A stretch of DNA of 62,508 nucleotides, filler included, from Sphacelaria rigidula (GCA_964200075.2; 8 parts of 8 records of this genome joined end to end with filler, not necessarily neighbours in it), one strand, 5' to 3'. Counted from the whole stretch's first letter, positions 37,928 to 51,379 are shown. Program-made: numbers and translations. Notes: generated by a model not told the origin, from the letters alone.

Positions 37928-39396
37928 CTGGATGGTATCGAGGACCCCACGGAGAGGGCGAAAGGGGGGCGGCGGCGGGTATGACTATGCAACTACGTAC
38001 AGTACTAACAGTTGCTCTGGCGACCCAAGTGTTGTTCCTCCGTCCTGCTTCGGGAAAAAGTAAAAAGTGACGACACAGTTTCGTCTCAATTTTGAAAATC
38101 GCCAAAGCAACGCTCATACCCACGAGCCATGGCGGGGGTAACATTTTACACTTGTGTGTGTTGACGAAAAGTAGCCCTCGCTGTCCTTCCTCCGTATGTG
38201 TACGTACTATTGCTGTGCCTTACCAAAAATGCGGAGTAGCCCAGTCGTCTTGGTCTCAGGTGCTCGTTTCTAGGTTCAACTACCAGACCGCCATATGCCA
38301 GGTTGACGCTAGATCGACCGTTGGAAATAGCTGGAAAACGACTGCTTTGGTTCAACCGCGAGTGATAGCACAGGGGCTGGGGATCGCACAACACCCACAC
38401 GGCTTCTGTTGCCTCACCACTCCCCGCTGCGGACATGCCACCCATCAACTGTGCCTTATGCAGGCTGTGGTTTTCTTGTAATGTTTTGCTTGTACTCGAG
38501 ATTCGTGTGAAGGGTGTTTCCGTTCACTGTAAGATATCTACAGGCTGGGCCAGCTGACAGTGATTTTTGAAGGTATTTCGGCGATGCTGTGGGTGATTTG
38601 AAGAGTTAGACACTGAATTTTTTACACAACATTTGCATCATCACTACGCACAACATTTCTCGAGGTGCATTGGCAAAACAAAAACAAAAACAGGAAGTTA
38701 GAGCGATTTGAAGTTTATGTGAAAACTAAAAAAATGCTTCAACACCGTGAGAAAAAAAATGATAATACGGATGCACCTCGGGAAATGTTGTGCGCGGTGA
38801 TAATGAAGATGTTGTGTCAAAATTTCAGCGCCCAACTGTTCAAATTACCCACAGCATCCACTTTTTCGTCTGGCACCTGGTGGTCAAACTGGTAGAACCG
38901 CCTCTCATTACAGAGGTCACGAGTTCAAATCCCCACACGACCATTTCGTTTTTGCGCATAATCTGGCATTTTGTTTATGCATCATTCCTCACGAGTTGCG
39001 AGGGGTTTCGACATTTTGGTGGCGGTCTTGCATCNNNNNNNNNNNNNNNNNNNNNNNNNNNNNNNNNNNNNNNNNNNNTTAATTAATTAANNNNNNNNNN
39101 NNNNNNNNNNNNNNNNNNNNNNNNNNNNNNNNNNATGCACTCACATACACCGAAAGGTGTAGACTGGTGCCCAGAATAAATGGGATGGCAACACACACAA
39201 CACACAGCGTCCAATACAGGGGAAAACAAGTTATATGCACTCGTGCTGAAGTCCTACAGCATACTGATACAATATGAGGGTAACAACACGCAAACAGGTC
39301 ATGATCGATTTCAAGTGGGGAGGAGGAAATAACGCGCCAGGTGCATGGATATTGTCGCACGTCCAAACGCGGACTGCCTCCCGCACGAGAAGGATA

Positions 39397-39427
<31 letters not shown>

Positions 39428-39917
39428 GAAGCAGAAGCAGCAGAAGCAGCATCTGTATTACCAGTCATTGTGTACGGTTGGGGGTAGTTCTGAATCAGCC
39501 GGTGCCGATGCTTCTGTGCTGCTGCTGCTGCTGCTCTTCATCGTAGACGGTCCGCGTTTCGACCGTGCGACAACACCCACGCACCTTGCGAGTGATGGCC
39601 ACTGTTGTGCTGGTCACCTGCAAACTCTGCTCCAGTGCTCTGTAAGTTGACATCGCTAGAAGGACACTACCATAACTACCTTGCCGGCTGCCAGACTGTC
39701 AGACTCTCAGGACGTAGGATCCACTAGCATTGCTACCGTCTGCACGGGGGTGTTGCCCCCCTGTCAGGTACGTTTTGCAGCATGATACTAGGTAGATGAA
39801 GACCACCCTTCCTTGTACATGAGCACCAAACGCTGGGGGTTTTCACTCAAGACTTTGATTTGGAGGAGCATATTAGGCAGACAGCGGCAACTGCTGTGTG
39901 TCCAGGTACCCCTTAGA

Positions 39918-40360
39918 AACACGGGATCTTACAAATTGGGGATAGATCTTTTTGGGGGGATGGAAATCCGGAGAATTAAAATCTTCGTAGCCACACCAAA
40001 TCTTCGAAACATGGTTTCATTTCTTCACCTACTGATAGCTATCGACAACTGCTGCACGCCATAGAAATTTGAATTTCGATCACCGAAATGTTGGGGTCCT
40101 GGGTGGGAAAACAATTTCGGAACCATTTTGGCGTCCGTTCGGGCACCCGAGATTCCCCAAAATTGGTTCTACACCTAGGACCCCAACGTTTCGGTGATCG
40201 AAATCCAAATTTCTACGGCGTGTAGCAGTTGTCAACTGCTATCAGTAAGCGAAGAAGTGGAACCATATTTCGAAGATTCTGTGTGGATACGAAGATTTTA
40301 ATTCTCCGGGTTTTTCATCCCCACCAAAAGATCCATCCCCAATTTGTGAGATTCCGTGTT
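39918..40360. mobile_element. Foldback-type MITE, 443 bp, arms of about 190 bp
   Basis: AACACGGGATCTTACAAATTGGGGAT..ATCCCCAATTTGTGAGATTCCGTGTT; nearly the whole element is self-complementary. Confidence 0.82.
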
Positions 40361-42795
40361 CAGAGCAGGATGAGTTTGGTGTCCGTTTGACGAAGCTATC
40401 CCCAAAAAACGAAATCAATAAGGGTTTTAAAATGAGAAAATCTAGTAAAAAAACTATCGCAAGGGTTCGCTCGCAAGAACCACGACGCAAAAAAACTATC
40501 GCAAGGATCCGATCGCAAGAATCACTGCGCAAAAACGGAGTCGCAAAAAACCTTCAAGTCGAATTTTTAGCCGCAGCAGAAACCAACTTCACTTTGTGAA
40601 ATTGGAACAGTACCAACATCAAAATAAAGTCATGCTTTCGTTCAAGATAGAAGGGTCCGTTGCCTTGATAGTCGCGAGAGAGCAATGCTTCGGTAGGGGT
40701 GCACTTGTTGAGCAAATTGTTGTCTGGTTCAGGGGATCCTAATGATTCTAGTTGCACAAGAAAATGAGTCAGGGCATCCCCGTTCACAATTTAATTCGGG
40801 ATATATTCCTAGCACAATGGAATAACAATCCTGCCGTACTCTCACATATTTCATAAGTCGTGTTTTGGATTAGAAAAAGGGCTCCTTACAGTTCTAACCT
40901 CAGAACATATTTGTGCACCCCCACCGTAGCATCAGCCGCGATCACACACCAGCAATGGCGTCGTTCGAAAGTCGTTGCCCAAGAATGACACGGAGCACCA
41001 ACATCGACAGCTATGGGGTACCGTGTCCCGATTTTCAACAACTCAACTAGTCAACGGCTTGGATTGCTTCTGTGGGCGAACGGCAACCCACCCTCCTTCG
41101 CTCGCTCGCTCGATTCGGAAGAGATGCCTACGGCCATTTGGACTCTTCCGCCATGAGCGTGTTTAGCGGTACGTGCACCAGCGCTCAAAATAATCGGCAC
41201 GCACGTTGTTATTTTATCATCTACAAAACTTCTCCAGAGGACTTCATATTTCACTTTTCGACTTGTTTTTTTTTTCTCGCTTTCTTGCAACTTAAAATAA
41301 TTTGCTGTGTTGTTTCGCTCCACACGATCACCCCTCGCGCCACCTTCCCCTCTCCTTCCGAAGCGATGCGTCTACCTTACCTCCCCCCCCCCCACCCTCC
41401 TCCCGCATATCCCGCACATCCCCCACATACCGATTGCCCCCGCTATCCCGAACCTACCGTGGAAGCCAACATACCATGCACACTCGCCGTTTTCGCATAT
41501 CTCGGTACGCGCACCACTCGTACCAGCTCACCAGCAATCCCACCCCAAGACTCCCCCCGCTTCCCCTAGCCTCGTGCTCCCCGGTGTACTTCTCAATTGT
41601 ATCTCAGTAAAAACGAAAAAGAGGAAACCCTGCACAACCGATCGCCACTCAGCACGTCACCCCCCAAATCCAATATTTGCTCTCGTCTCTTGCCGGCTCC
41701 TCCGTCCACTCAAAAAGCGCCTCCTCAGGCCTGCCACATCACACAACAAGCCATCCCTCCCTCCTACGACCCAAAACGGAAGCGAGTCCTTTACCCTTTC
41801 GTTTTACCGCACCCTACAAAACGACGACGGATTGTTGGACAGGATACCAAGGATAGTGAATCCCACTCCTGAGTCAACCCGCTGCTCACATAGAAGAAAC
41901 GTGCATCGTGCTGACCCACTCCGTCCCGACCCCAAATGGTGATACACACGTCTCGTCTCGTCTCGTCTGTACGCTTAGAACACACCACAACAACAGTCAA
42001 GACAGTGGGATAAAACGAAACGCTACAACAGCAACAACAACAAAAGGTTCCATAACCTCAAATGGTTCACGCACGCCTCCTGTCCAACCACACCGCCGCC
42101 GAATATCGGTACAAAAGCAAAGCCACACGAGAAAAAAAAATGGGAAACAAAAAGCTAAATCGGAAAGCGCCGGCGCGCAAATGGCGGACAGCGAAGCACA
42201 ATGTTCCCCGCCCTCACTCCCATGTCGGTTCATGAGCAAAGTAAACGCCATGCCGTGTGTTTCATCTCAACGGCAGCTTTAGCTTTGCGTTAATTTCCTC
42301 ACAACTTTTCAACACGCTGCTTCCACTCTCTCAATAAACACATCCTCTCCGCTTGAATCTTCCCTGGGGGGGGGGGGAAGCATCGAACCTGACGCGATCC
42401 CATTATCAGAAGGTTAACTCTTTGGGAAGCCATTTACGGTATTTGTTTTTGTGAATCGGCATCATTTTCAGTCATCTCCAAATCAAAATGATGCCGATTC
42501 ACAAAAACAAAAATCGTCAATGGGTTCCAAAACGAAGGGTGAAGGCGAAGTGGAGCGCCAGACATGTACAAAGCACGAAAGATCCGGATCTTGTACTCTC
42601 CCCTAACAACCGTCGAACTTTGCGCGACTACTACTCTCGAATGAAAAAGCAAAACAATACAAAACGAAGTCTCCAGCAGGCGGGGGAATGCCACACCGGA
42701 ACGTCTATATCTACTACTGCTGAAGCCATGTTCTCGAAAGTGCCCTGCTGTACGTCTCTAATGGTGCTCCTCCCCAAGAACGAAGAGAGCCCCTC

Positions 42796-45700
42796 TTATC
42801 CTGAGGGGCTCGTTGGAGAGTAGTATACCGGACTTGCAGTGTCGTCCGGACTAATTGGATTCAGCCGTGGATTGGACGGGGGGAAGGGATAGGACGTGAG
42901 CGGGTGGTTAACAGCGCAAACAGCGGGACAGGGGTGCGGAGAGCGTGAAAGTCGAAGTTAGCAAAAGACGATTATGCGTTTCATGTAGCAGGTTTCTGCT
43001 GCCGGTTGGCTTCACTGGGGCCGCGGGTGCTATCATGCTGATGAGTGGAGCGATGCGATTTGTTCCTTCTCGGGGAAGAGACAAAGAGGAAAATATTAAC
43101 TCCACGACGAGGTAGACCCAAGCCAGAAGAATATACTGTTTTCGGCATATTCGCACAAGGAGACTGATCGACGCGGATAGAAGAAAAGCAGTCGTACTCC
43201 GTGGATCTACACAACTACAACTCTCGTGTACTTTTCTACTACTAATACTGTGCACATGATACGACCTGCTCTTGCAACAGTTGCAATAGGCCTACACTTT
43301 ACGCAGTGCATTTCTCGTGTATTGCAATTAATGACCGTGTAAGATAATAATAAGAGGATTCATGGATTTGTAGGGATGTGGGTGGATTGGGACGGGGTTG
43401 ATGGGATGGGAAGGTAATTTATTTTTTTGGACAAGGGAAGGACAGTACATATCCGACAATTGCAACACGAAAGGAATACCATAAGCCGTCTTAAGCAGTA
43501 TTTCTCTTAAGCATTCAAGATTCTGCGAGGGTCAAACCTTGAGACAGCAAAACCGTACAGTATCACCACAGAACACACGCACATCGAAGAATCACAATGA
43601 CACGTGGGCTCCAGTGAACGACGTGTGATTCAAACGCACCTGGTGGGACTGGCAGGACTGGCAGGAGTAGCAGGACTCATAGGACTGCTCGGCGTGTCGG
43701 GGCTGTAAGGGCTGCTTGCACCGTACGGGCTGGTCCCCATTGGGGTGTAAGGGCTTGATCCCCCGTCCGGGCTCTGCATGGACATGGGGCTGGCCGCACC
43801 AGCCGCATCGGGAGAATCGGGAGACATTTCCGGGCTCGTCGGACTGCCGCGTAGCACAGCGCCGTGGCCAGGGCGCGAGAAAAGAAGAGAAGCACCGAGC
43901 ATGCACGAGAATGGGAGACGCGCGTGCAGCCGGCAGGGGAAGCGGGGGGAGGGGTCATGATCTTATTTCCACGCCCTCAAAATGAAGTATGTGCGTGCGT
44001 TGGAGTTTTCTTGTGTAGCAGAGTAGGTCATCCAGGACGCATATGATCGATTCATTGATTGACTTCATGGATCCAACACACGACCACGTACTGGGGCGGG
44101 TGGGGGAGGTAGAATAATTCATCAGTCTTCGGCAACTACCAAGAGTGCTCCCGAACAGGTGCAACATCGTCCCCGCGGGTTGGACAATTATACATGTACA
44201 TCTCTCCCGTCACTTCTTCCTGGTATTTTCCCGCACTTTTGCTCAAAGAACATTTCTTCCTTCACTTCTCGACTCACCTTCCAGCATCTGGTGACGTCGG
44301 ACTGTAAGCCGGTGAAGTCGGACTGTAGGCAGGGGACGTCGGTGAGTAGGCCGGGCTCGTAGGGCTGTACGCCGGGCTGGTCGGCGAGTATGCCGGGCTT
44401 GTGGGCGAATAAGCCGGGCTCGTTGGGGAATACGCCGGGCTTGTTGGCGAATACGCCGGGCTCGTTGGCGAATATGCCGGACTCGTCGGAGAATACGCCG
44501 GGCTGGTCGGCGAGTACGCCGGCGAGGTCGGCGAGTACGCTGGACTAGTCGGGCTGTACGCAGGACTTGTGGGTGAGTACGCCGGGCTGGTCGGGGAATA
44601 CGCCGGACTTGTTGGGCAGTACGCCGGGCTGGTCGGCGAGTATGCCGGGCTCGTTGGGGAATACGCCGGGCTTGTTGGCGAGTACGCCGGGCTGGTCGGC
44701 GAATATGCTGGACTCGTCGGGGAATACGCCGGGCTGGTCGGTGAGTACGCCGGCGAGGTCGGCGAATATGCGGGACTAGTCGGGCTGTACGCAGGACTTG
44801 TGGGTGAGTACGCCGGGCTGGTCGGGGAATACGCCGGACTTGTTGGGCTGTACGCTGGGCTGGTCGGGGAATAAGCCGGGCTGGTCGGCGAATACGCCGG
44901 ACTGGTCGGTGAATATGCTGGGGACGCCGGACTGCTTGGGTGAAAGTTGGGGCTATCCGGGCTGTACCGTGGCGAGCTTGGACTGAAAGCCGGGCTGGAC
45001 CCACCATATCCGCCGGGGCCAGGCGAGTTCGGCGAGCTGTGCGGGCTGAAGGCGCCTCCCGAGAAGGGGCTTGATGCCACCGGAGAGAAGGCGCTGGAGC
45101 CGAACGGGGTGCTGATCCCTGGACTAGCTCCTGGGCTGAACCTGCGAAGGGTCGACATCATGAACGAGAGGCAGCGGCGGAGTAGGGGGACGCGAGGCGG
45201 GGAAAGGGGTGTCAAAACACGACCAACATACGCATGGGAAAAAAAGATAGTATGGTGTAAAATGTGTGAAGATTTCAGTCACGTGTGCGCAACAGCAATT
45301 TTTTTTTTCAAGACAAACCGATGTGAATAATCGCTGCTGCTGCTGCTGCTGCTGCTGAATTTGGTGTGCCCACCACCAAAACAGCAAGCAAAACATAGCC
45401 CTACTCGAGCTAATTTTACCATGGAACGCACGGAACGAATGACCACGGACTTTCCCCTCCTAACCCCCCCCCCAACATCTCACCAAATACAAGCACGCGG
45501 AACACACTGATGACATGTTAAGCTAGCGTAGTCCCTCCGGAGGGGAAGCAAAGAGGAGGGGAAAAAAAACGACAAGCGAAAGCTTAAAGCCACGGCACCA
45601 TACCAACCATTCCCCGCCCGTCCGCGCAACTATGCATATAGACGCACCCAGGGGTGAAGTGCGGCGTGCCCGCTGGAGTGCCCATCGGTGTGCCCATATA

Positions 45701-46601
45701 ACCCATTCCTCCACCGCCACCGCGAGCGCCGCCGACGGCGAGGCGCGCCATGGTGGTATCTAGCTGGGTGAGCTCCATCGCCTGCGACAGCTTATTCTCA
45801 TCCAACAAAAGATCCATTGTACCCGAACCAAGATTGGCGAACTGCGGGAGAGAAGGAAGCGCAACAAAAACGACAAAACAGGGGGAAGGGAGGGGAGGGA
45901 GGGGGGACGAAGGTGAGATGAAGTAGAGTAGAGTGAAGTGGATAGGAGTGAAGTGAAGTGGAGTGGAGTGGGGCGGCGGCATGAGCTCAAGTACTTACCC
46001 GTGCGGTACGAGGATGCATACTTTGTGCGGGAATGGGAAAGCCTGTGTGGATCGAGTGACTTTTTGGTCGTGCGTTTCGCCGAAAAATCAGAGTTGGAGC
46101 GTGCTGATTATAGAGCCTTGATGATATCATCCCGACACATTTTTCTTTCGCGGAGGAGACGGCTTTGCCCACGACTAGAACAAGAATATCGAACTGGGTC
46201 GCCGCCGCAACACCGACGACCGAACCACCACCCCTCACCACGAAAACTTGAAAGCCGCTCACTGCCACGGTTCTTCTACATGTGACATTTTCTGCACAAA
46301 CACCACCATCGCTGCCGACAACAACAACGACGACAACGACAACAACGACAACAACAACCACACCTGCCCAAGCATAATGTTGTCCGTAACACCCTTCAAG
46401 TTGTCCGCCTCAGCGAACACGGCGGCCTCCATCAAAATTTCCACCGTCTCCTCGAATGACGATCGGAGCATGGGACCGTTGTCCACCCGGTTGATGCCGT
46501 GCCGTGTAATCGCCATCAAGTGTCCTCGGAACGTCATCACGTCTACCAACGTACTCAAGTGTCGGTAGTTCACGTATGATCCGTCTCGCTCCACCACGGC
46601 T
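42796..46601 (-). CDS. RPB1: RNA polymerase II largest subunit, C-terminal five exons (46601-46364, 45841-45648, 45141-44278, 43843-43640, 42850-42796)
   Basis: [74 protein letters not shown] (conserved C-terminal region), followed by 30 tandem YSPTSPA-type heptads. Junction phases 0,2,2,2 are consistent; TAA at 42796-42798. Confidence 0.97.
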
Positions 46602-46959
46602 CTGATGCAGCAGCATGATAGGGTGGGGGTGGGCGGTCGCTTAGTAGAGTTCTAACGTAGTAGCTCAAAAGTATCATTGGGGTATGCTGAGGTGTCACAA
46701 TTTCATACCCCTGGGTGACCGACAACATACATGAGGGGGCGGGGGGGGCGGGGGGGGGGGGGGTCAACGACTACAAAGATGAGCAACAACATTCCAAGGC
46801 GGGGGGGGGGGGAGGGCACTGATAGAGAATGGCATGTACATCATCTCATTAACATGTTTNNNNNNNNNNNNNNNNNNNNNNNNNNNNNNNNNNNNNNNNN
46901 NNNTTAATTAATTAANNNNNNNNNNNNNNNNNNNNNNNNNNNNNNNNNNNNNNNNNNNN

Positions 46960-47130
46960 GGGCGTACTCATTTGTTGCTTGCCTTAGTCATTTGACCATT
47001 GGCCACGCATCCCTTTCGAGACGGAGCATGAGGGTTGGAGGGGGCGGGGGGGGCGTTCTCATGTGTTGCTTGCCTTAGTCGTTTGACCATTGACCACGCA
47101 TCCCTTTCGAGACGGAGGGTTGGAGGGGGG
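46960..47130 (-). mobile_element. Two tandem LINE family B 3' ends
   Basis: Two copies of the same 70-nt terminus separated by a C-run; each is preceded by CCCTCCAACCCTC on the minus strand. Confidence 0.75.
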
Positions 47131-48226
47131 GGGACTAAACACACGGCCACTTACCCGTAGAGTAGCATTTGCGGTACAGATTGGTTTTCACGACCGAGTA
47201 GAGCTCACAAAAACACACATGCACAGAGACATCGTGTCGTATTGGCCCATTCGTGGTGATCAATCAGTGCACTATCCGTTGCCCAAAAGAAGAAAACATC
47301 GCCAAAGCTCCACAGCCGACGTCCACGTTTCTTTTCAAACTCTGTTGGTAACCGAAACCTCTATGCCAACCCGAGCAGGAGATCAAGAGTCCTCGGGTGG
47401 CGGGGGTCTAGAAGGTGCTCTGGGTGAAGTGTGCATGAGCAAAGCGCAGTTTGGCGCGTGCGACACAGATCGGCGTAATCTCCCGTACCGCGCATGCTGG
47501 GGAGCATTTGGGAGATTCTGAGCTCCACATAAAGACTCCGACACTTGTGTCACGCACAAAACCACGCTCGTTTCAACTGCGGGATTTTAGCTTCGGGTTG
47601 GTGTAAACGTCAGTCTTTTGTGGCAAACTCATGACAACCATTGCGTGTTTTTTGGAAAGGAAAAACGCCGAATCTGCAACAATGAAGATCGGAACAAACA
47701 GGCGTTTTTCTATCCGTCTCATAACGGTTATTTCTGGCGGCTGAGGAAATACGCGGGGAAATGCATCCACACTTGATTCAGTGCAGTGTTGGGAATGTTC
47801 GCTCACACTCCCGTTCCTCCGCATTTCGCCAAAGGATCGAGCGGGCGAGCCCGATACACCGTGCCCACTCGTGCGAACTCTTCGGAGAGTTTCGTGATAA
47901 TAGTAAGAACACCACGCGAACAAACACTAGGCTTCAGAAAGTTGTATACATGGTTTTCGCAGCTGTTTCGGTGCCCCAAGGACGTTCAATTTTGTCGTAT
48001 TTCCACCTCCCCCATGAACCGCCCGTGTTTGACTCGGGACACAGCAAGAGACACACAAGTGTTGCTCTGGCTATCGTGCCCTCTCCTGAACCTTGTGATC
48101 GTATGGCGTCTACCCTTCCTGCTTGCTCCGATCGTATTGTCGTATATTTGACCATACCGTGTATCGCATAACAGCTGTACTTTTCGTTGTTTTGTCGTGC
48201 ACATGACCCTCCCCGTCCGCCCCCGC

Positions 48227-48307
48227 GGTGCTCCGTCTCGAAAGGGGTGGGTCGTCAATGGTCAAGCGACTAAGGCAAGCAAAGAACAAGTAAACGTTTC
48301 CCCCCCA
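48227..48307 (+). mobile_element. LINE family B 3' end, diverged
   Basis: GTGCTCCGTCTCGAAAGGGGTGGGTCGTCAATGGTCAAGCGACTAAGGCAAGCAAAG then a C-run. Confidence 0.65.
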
Positions 48308-50900
48308 CTTCCTCGCTCCCTCATCTCGGGACGAGTCCATAGTCTCAAGGGGTGAAGCCTGTCCCCCTTGTGGTATCCCGTGCTCGGCGTTACCGTCGTG
48401 AATTAGTTAAAGTCTACAGCAGCCCGTTGGCTGTCATGAGTTGCACTCTCCCGCGTCAACTCTCGTTTGCATGTCTCGGACTTCGAGATATGAGTACCCC
48501 GGGTGGATTCCATTCCTAGAACACCCACATGTGACAAGACATCGTCCCTCCGCACTCTTCCTCGATTTTTCCATGTGGAACGGATGCACCGTCACCTCCG
48601 GTCATCGTTGATTCCCGCCCCTGAAGTGTTGTCATTCTCCACGAATGGACCAGGGTGACCCCCTAACGCAACGCCTTGTCCTCCTTGTCCTCTTCATCAC
48701 TCGGGACCTCGTCTAGCTCCACACACATACATACATTACAATGAACACACAACCTTAGCCCGCGGCTCACCCTCCATGACCCACAAGGCTATGGTTCTTA
48801 CCTTCAAGGGATGGTAGTCTCAGAAGCCAAAAGTACATACTCCGACTATCAATATCCCAACCCACACAATCGGCTGAGACTACCGCTGATGTACCAGTTA
48901 GATCACGGGATGCGACGACATAGGGCTGTACTTCCTCCCGCAACCAAGAGCGGTCGTGTGCCTGAACTCTGCCGGGCACGTGTTCTTCTGCGATAATGAA
49001 TCCCATGCCCCCCCCCCTCCCCCGCCATGTTTTCGTTCGTTCTCGAAGCCATACACAGAACAGAAACGAAGACTCGGATCGACTGACTGCTTATGCACAT
49101 ATGTACGCACGCACGTGGTCGCTCACTGTGGTCGACGCAAGGTATCATGACGGAATCGGGGCTCTATCCGTCGAGCTTGTACGGCAAGTCTCGAGAAGCG
49201 AGACGAAATGGATTCGTTCATCCTCGCCGTTCCTCCACCACGGGCACCTGTACTCGGAGAAGAAGTGGCACGCGCAGTCGAGGAGCAAGCAACCACGTCA
49301 ACAACGTAAGCGACAACGACGACGACAACGCCAACAACAACAGCAACTGCGACGAACATGCTACAGGTAACGACTTCTTGCAGCCGCCATCACCAGTGAC
49401 CTTCAACAGGCAGCGGCGCCGGCGTCGACCTTTCACGGCTGTAGAAACGTCGACCCAGGTGAACCACGTACTAGGAGAACCACGGTACAACAAAACAAAA
49501 AAAGAAGAAGCTCCTGTGTTGGCCTTCCTCCTGTGTCACCCCACCCCGACTGGTGCACCCACATATACCGAAAGGTGTAGACCGGCGTCCAGAATAGATG
49601 GGATGACAACACATCACAACACAACACAACACACACACGTCTATCATGTGGACGATGACCACGGCTGGATCCCTAGGGATCATTTAAGGTGCGATAACCC
49701 ATCAGCCAATCAATCGATCGGTAGCAATTTCGCCGCCCTCCCGGTGATATAAATAAAATTGTACAACTGACACCATAAGGGTGGGTTCGATTTCCGCTAG
49801 ATGTGTCTAGCTTCGCCTGTTTTTCTAATAAGAATCTGATTTCCGTCGTTGAAGGCATGAACATGTGAGTGTCACAAACATAAAAATGATGTGGTTGAGT
49901 TTTGTCAGGCGACGGTCAACACGGTGGTGAGTCTCAAGATGGGTCGATCACGTGGGACCACGGACTCTTCCCGAAGAAGGCGACGGGTTGGAATTGAGGG
50001 TAGCAAGACAGACGCAGTCTGGCGGACTTTGTGCGTAGGTTTGTGTCCCCCGACAGTAAAAGAGGCTACGCCTTTTGTGGCTTCCGTTGTCCACACGAAA
50101 CTACGAGATTAACAGTTGACGAAAAATGGGGAGAATTGTCGAACTTAGACGAACTGTGGTAGTGCTATTCTGACGCCCCTGACCAAAGCTCGAGGCATGG
50201 CAAGCACTGAATCGGGGGATGAAAATGGGTCAATTCGTCGAGATAGAGGAATCGATTCAGGGAAGAAGGCGCGCGGAGAAGGGTGGGGGGAAGGTGGGGG
50301 GGGGTGGGGAGGGGGGGTCACCCGTATCACAAAAGTACAGAAATAAAAAAGAGCAAAATTGACCCTTTCTCGTCGTGTTTTGCCGTAGGCATCTTTATCT
50401 TGTTTCGGGCTCTTAGGACTCCCGCCGCCAAACAAGACGCTTAAAACCGCGACGTGTCCCCCCTTTTGAAAAAGAAGCATCCCCGACAGATATCCCCGCA
50501 GGAAATAATCCTCCGGGAGGTGACCGTATTTATGAACCGTAGCAAATTCGACTCAACGACCTCAGCCTCTGCCCACATCATTCCATGCCCGACGCTTACA
50601 CGCACGCACACACTCACGCACGCACGCACACAGACACACACACAGGCGGCTACAACGACGCCTGTTTTGCCCTTAACAGCCAGGCTCTCCGACCGTTTCA
50701 CGTCGCGGAGTGCAAGCCGGGGTCGGAGAAGCGTTGATGGAAGTGGCAAGAGCCCGGGCGGAACAAGAGCCACTCCGGGCGTAGACGAGTTCGTCTCGAG
50801 CAGCACCTATGCTGGAGGAGGAATCACTGACCTGGAAGTGAAGCGCACACAATGGGACGAAGTACGTTATATGGGTGAATATCTGGAGGGGCGGGAAGGG

Positions 50901-51103
50901 GAGCGTACTCGTTTATTGCTTACCTTAGTCGTGTGACCATTAACCACGCATCCCTTTCGAGACGGAGCACCGTTCCTACTCCTAATAGAGACACCTTCAA
51001 CATTCCGGCGCTCACTACGTTTCTTCCATACATTGCACAAAAACCTTTTGCATACTTTATTCCCATCCTGTTTCGCCGTCTGTGGCCACCATCTATCTGC
51101 TAG
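50901..51103 (-). mobile_element. LINE family B 3' end (about 200 nt), C-rich flanks
   Basis: Encodes DRWWPQTAKQDGNKVCKRFLCNVWKKR..GAPSRKGCVVNG; ends GAGTACGC + C-rich tail. Confidence 0.75.
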
Positions 51104-51379
51104 TGAAGGGGGGAAGGGAAGGGAGAGTGAAGGGGCGGGAAGGGGGACGAAGTTCATATACATGTACGCGGAGCTCGTGCTGTTCATGTGCGCACAGCGT
51201 ACTCGGCGAACTAGACACACGTCTATGCCCTAGATGTTCAAGTGCCAGACGAAAACCTGGTACGAATCCTAAAAGGTGGGGGCAATAAAATGAACGTCCG
51301 CGGCGCCTTCGTCGAGGGATCCCGTGTGCTTCCCTCCCCTCCCCCTCCCCTCCTCCCACACCCCCCATCAGACGTTAGG

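Noticed and set aside
38872..38945. tRNA gene
   Set aside because: A/B boxes and an anticodon-like stem are present but there is no acceptor stem; probably a SINE head.
44243..45007. Arg/Pro-rich 254-aa ORF and antisense (GEYAGLV)n ORFs
   Set aside because: Alternative frames and antisense shadow of the RPB1 CTD repeat.
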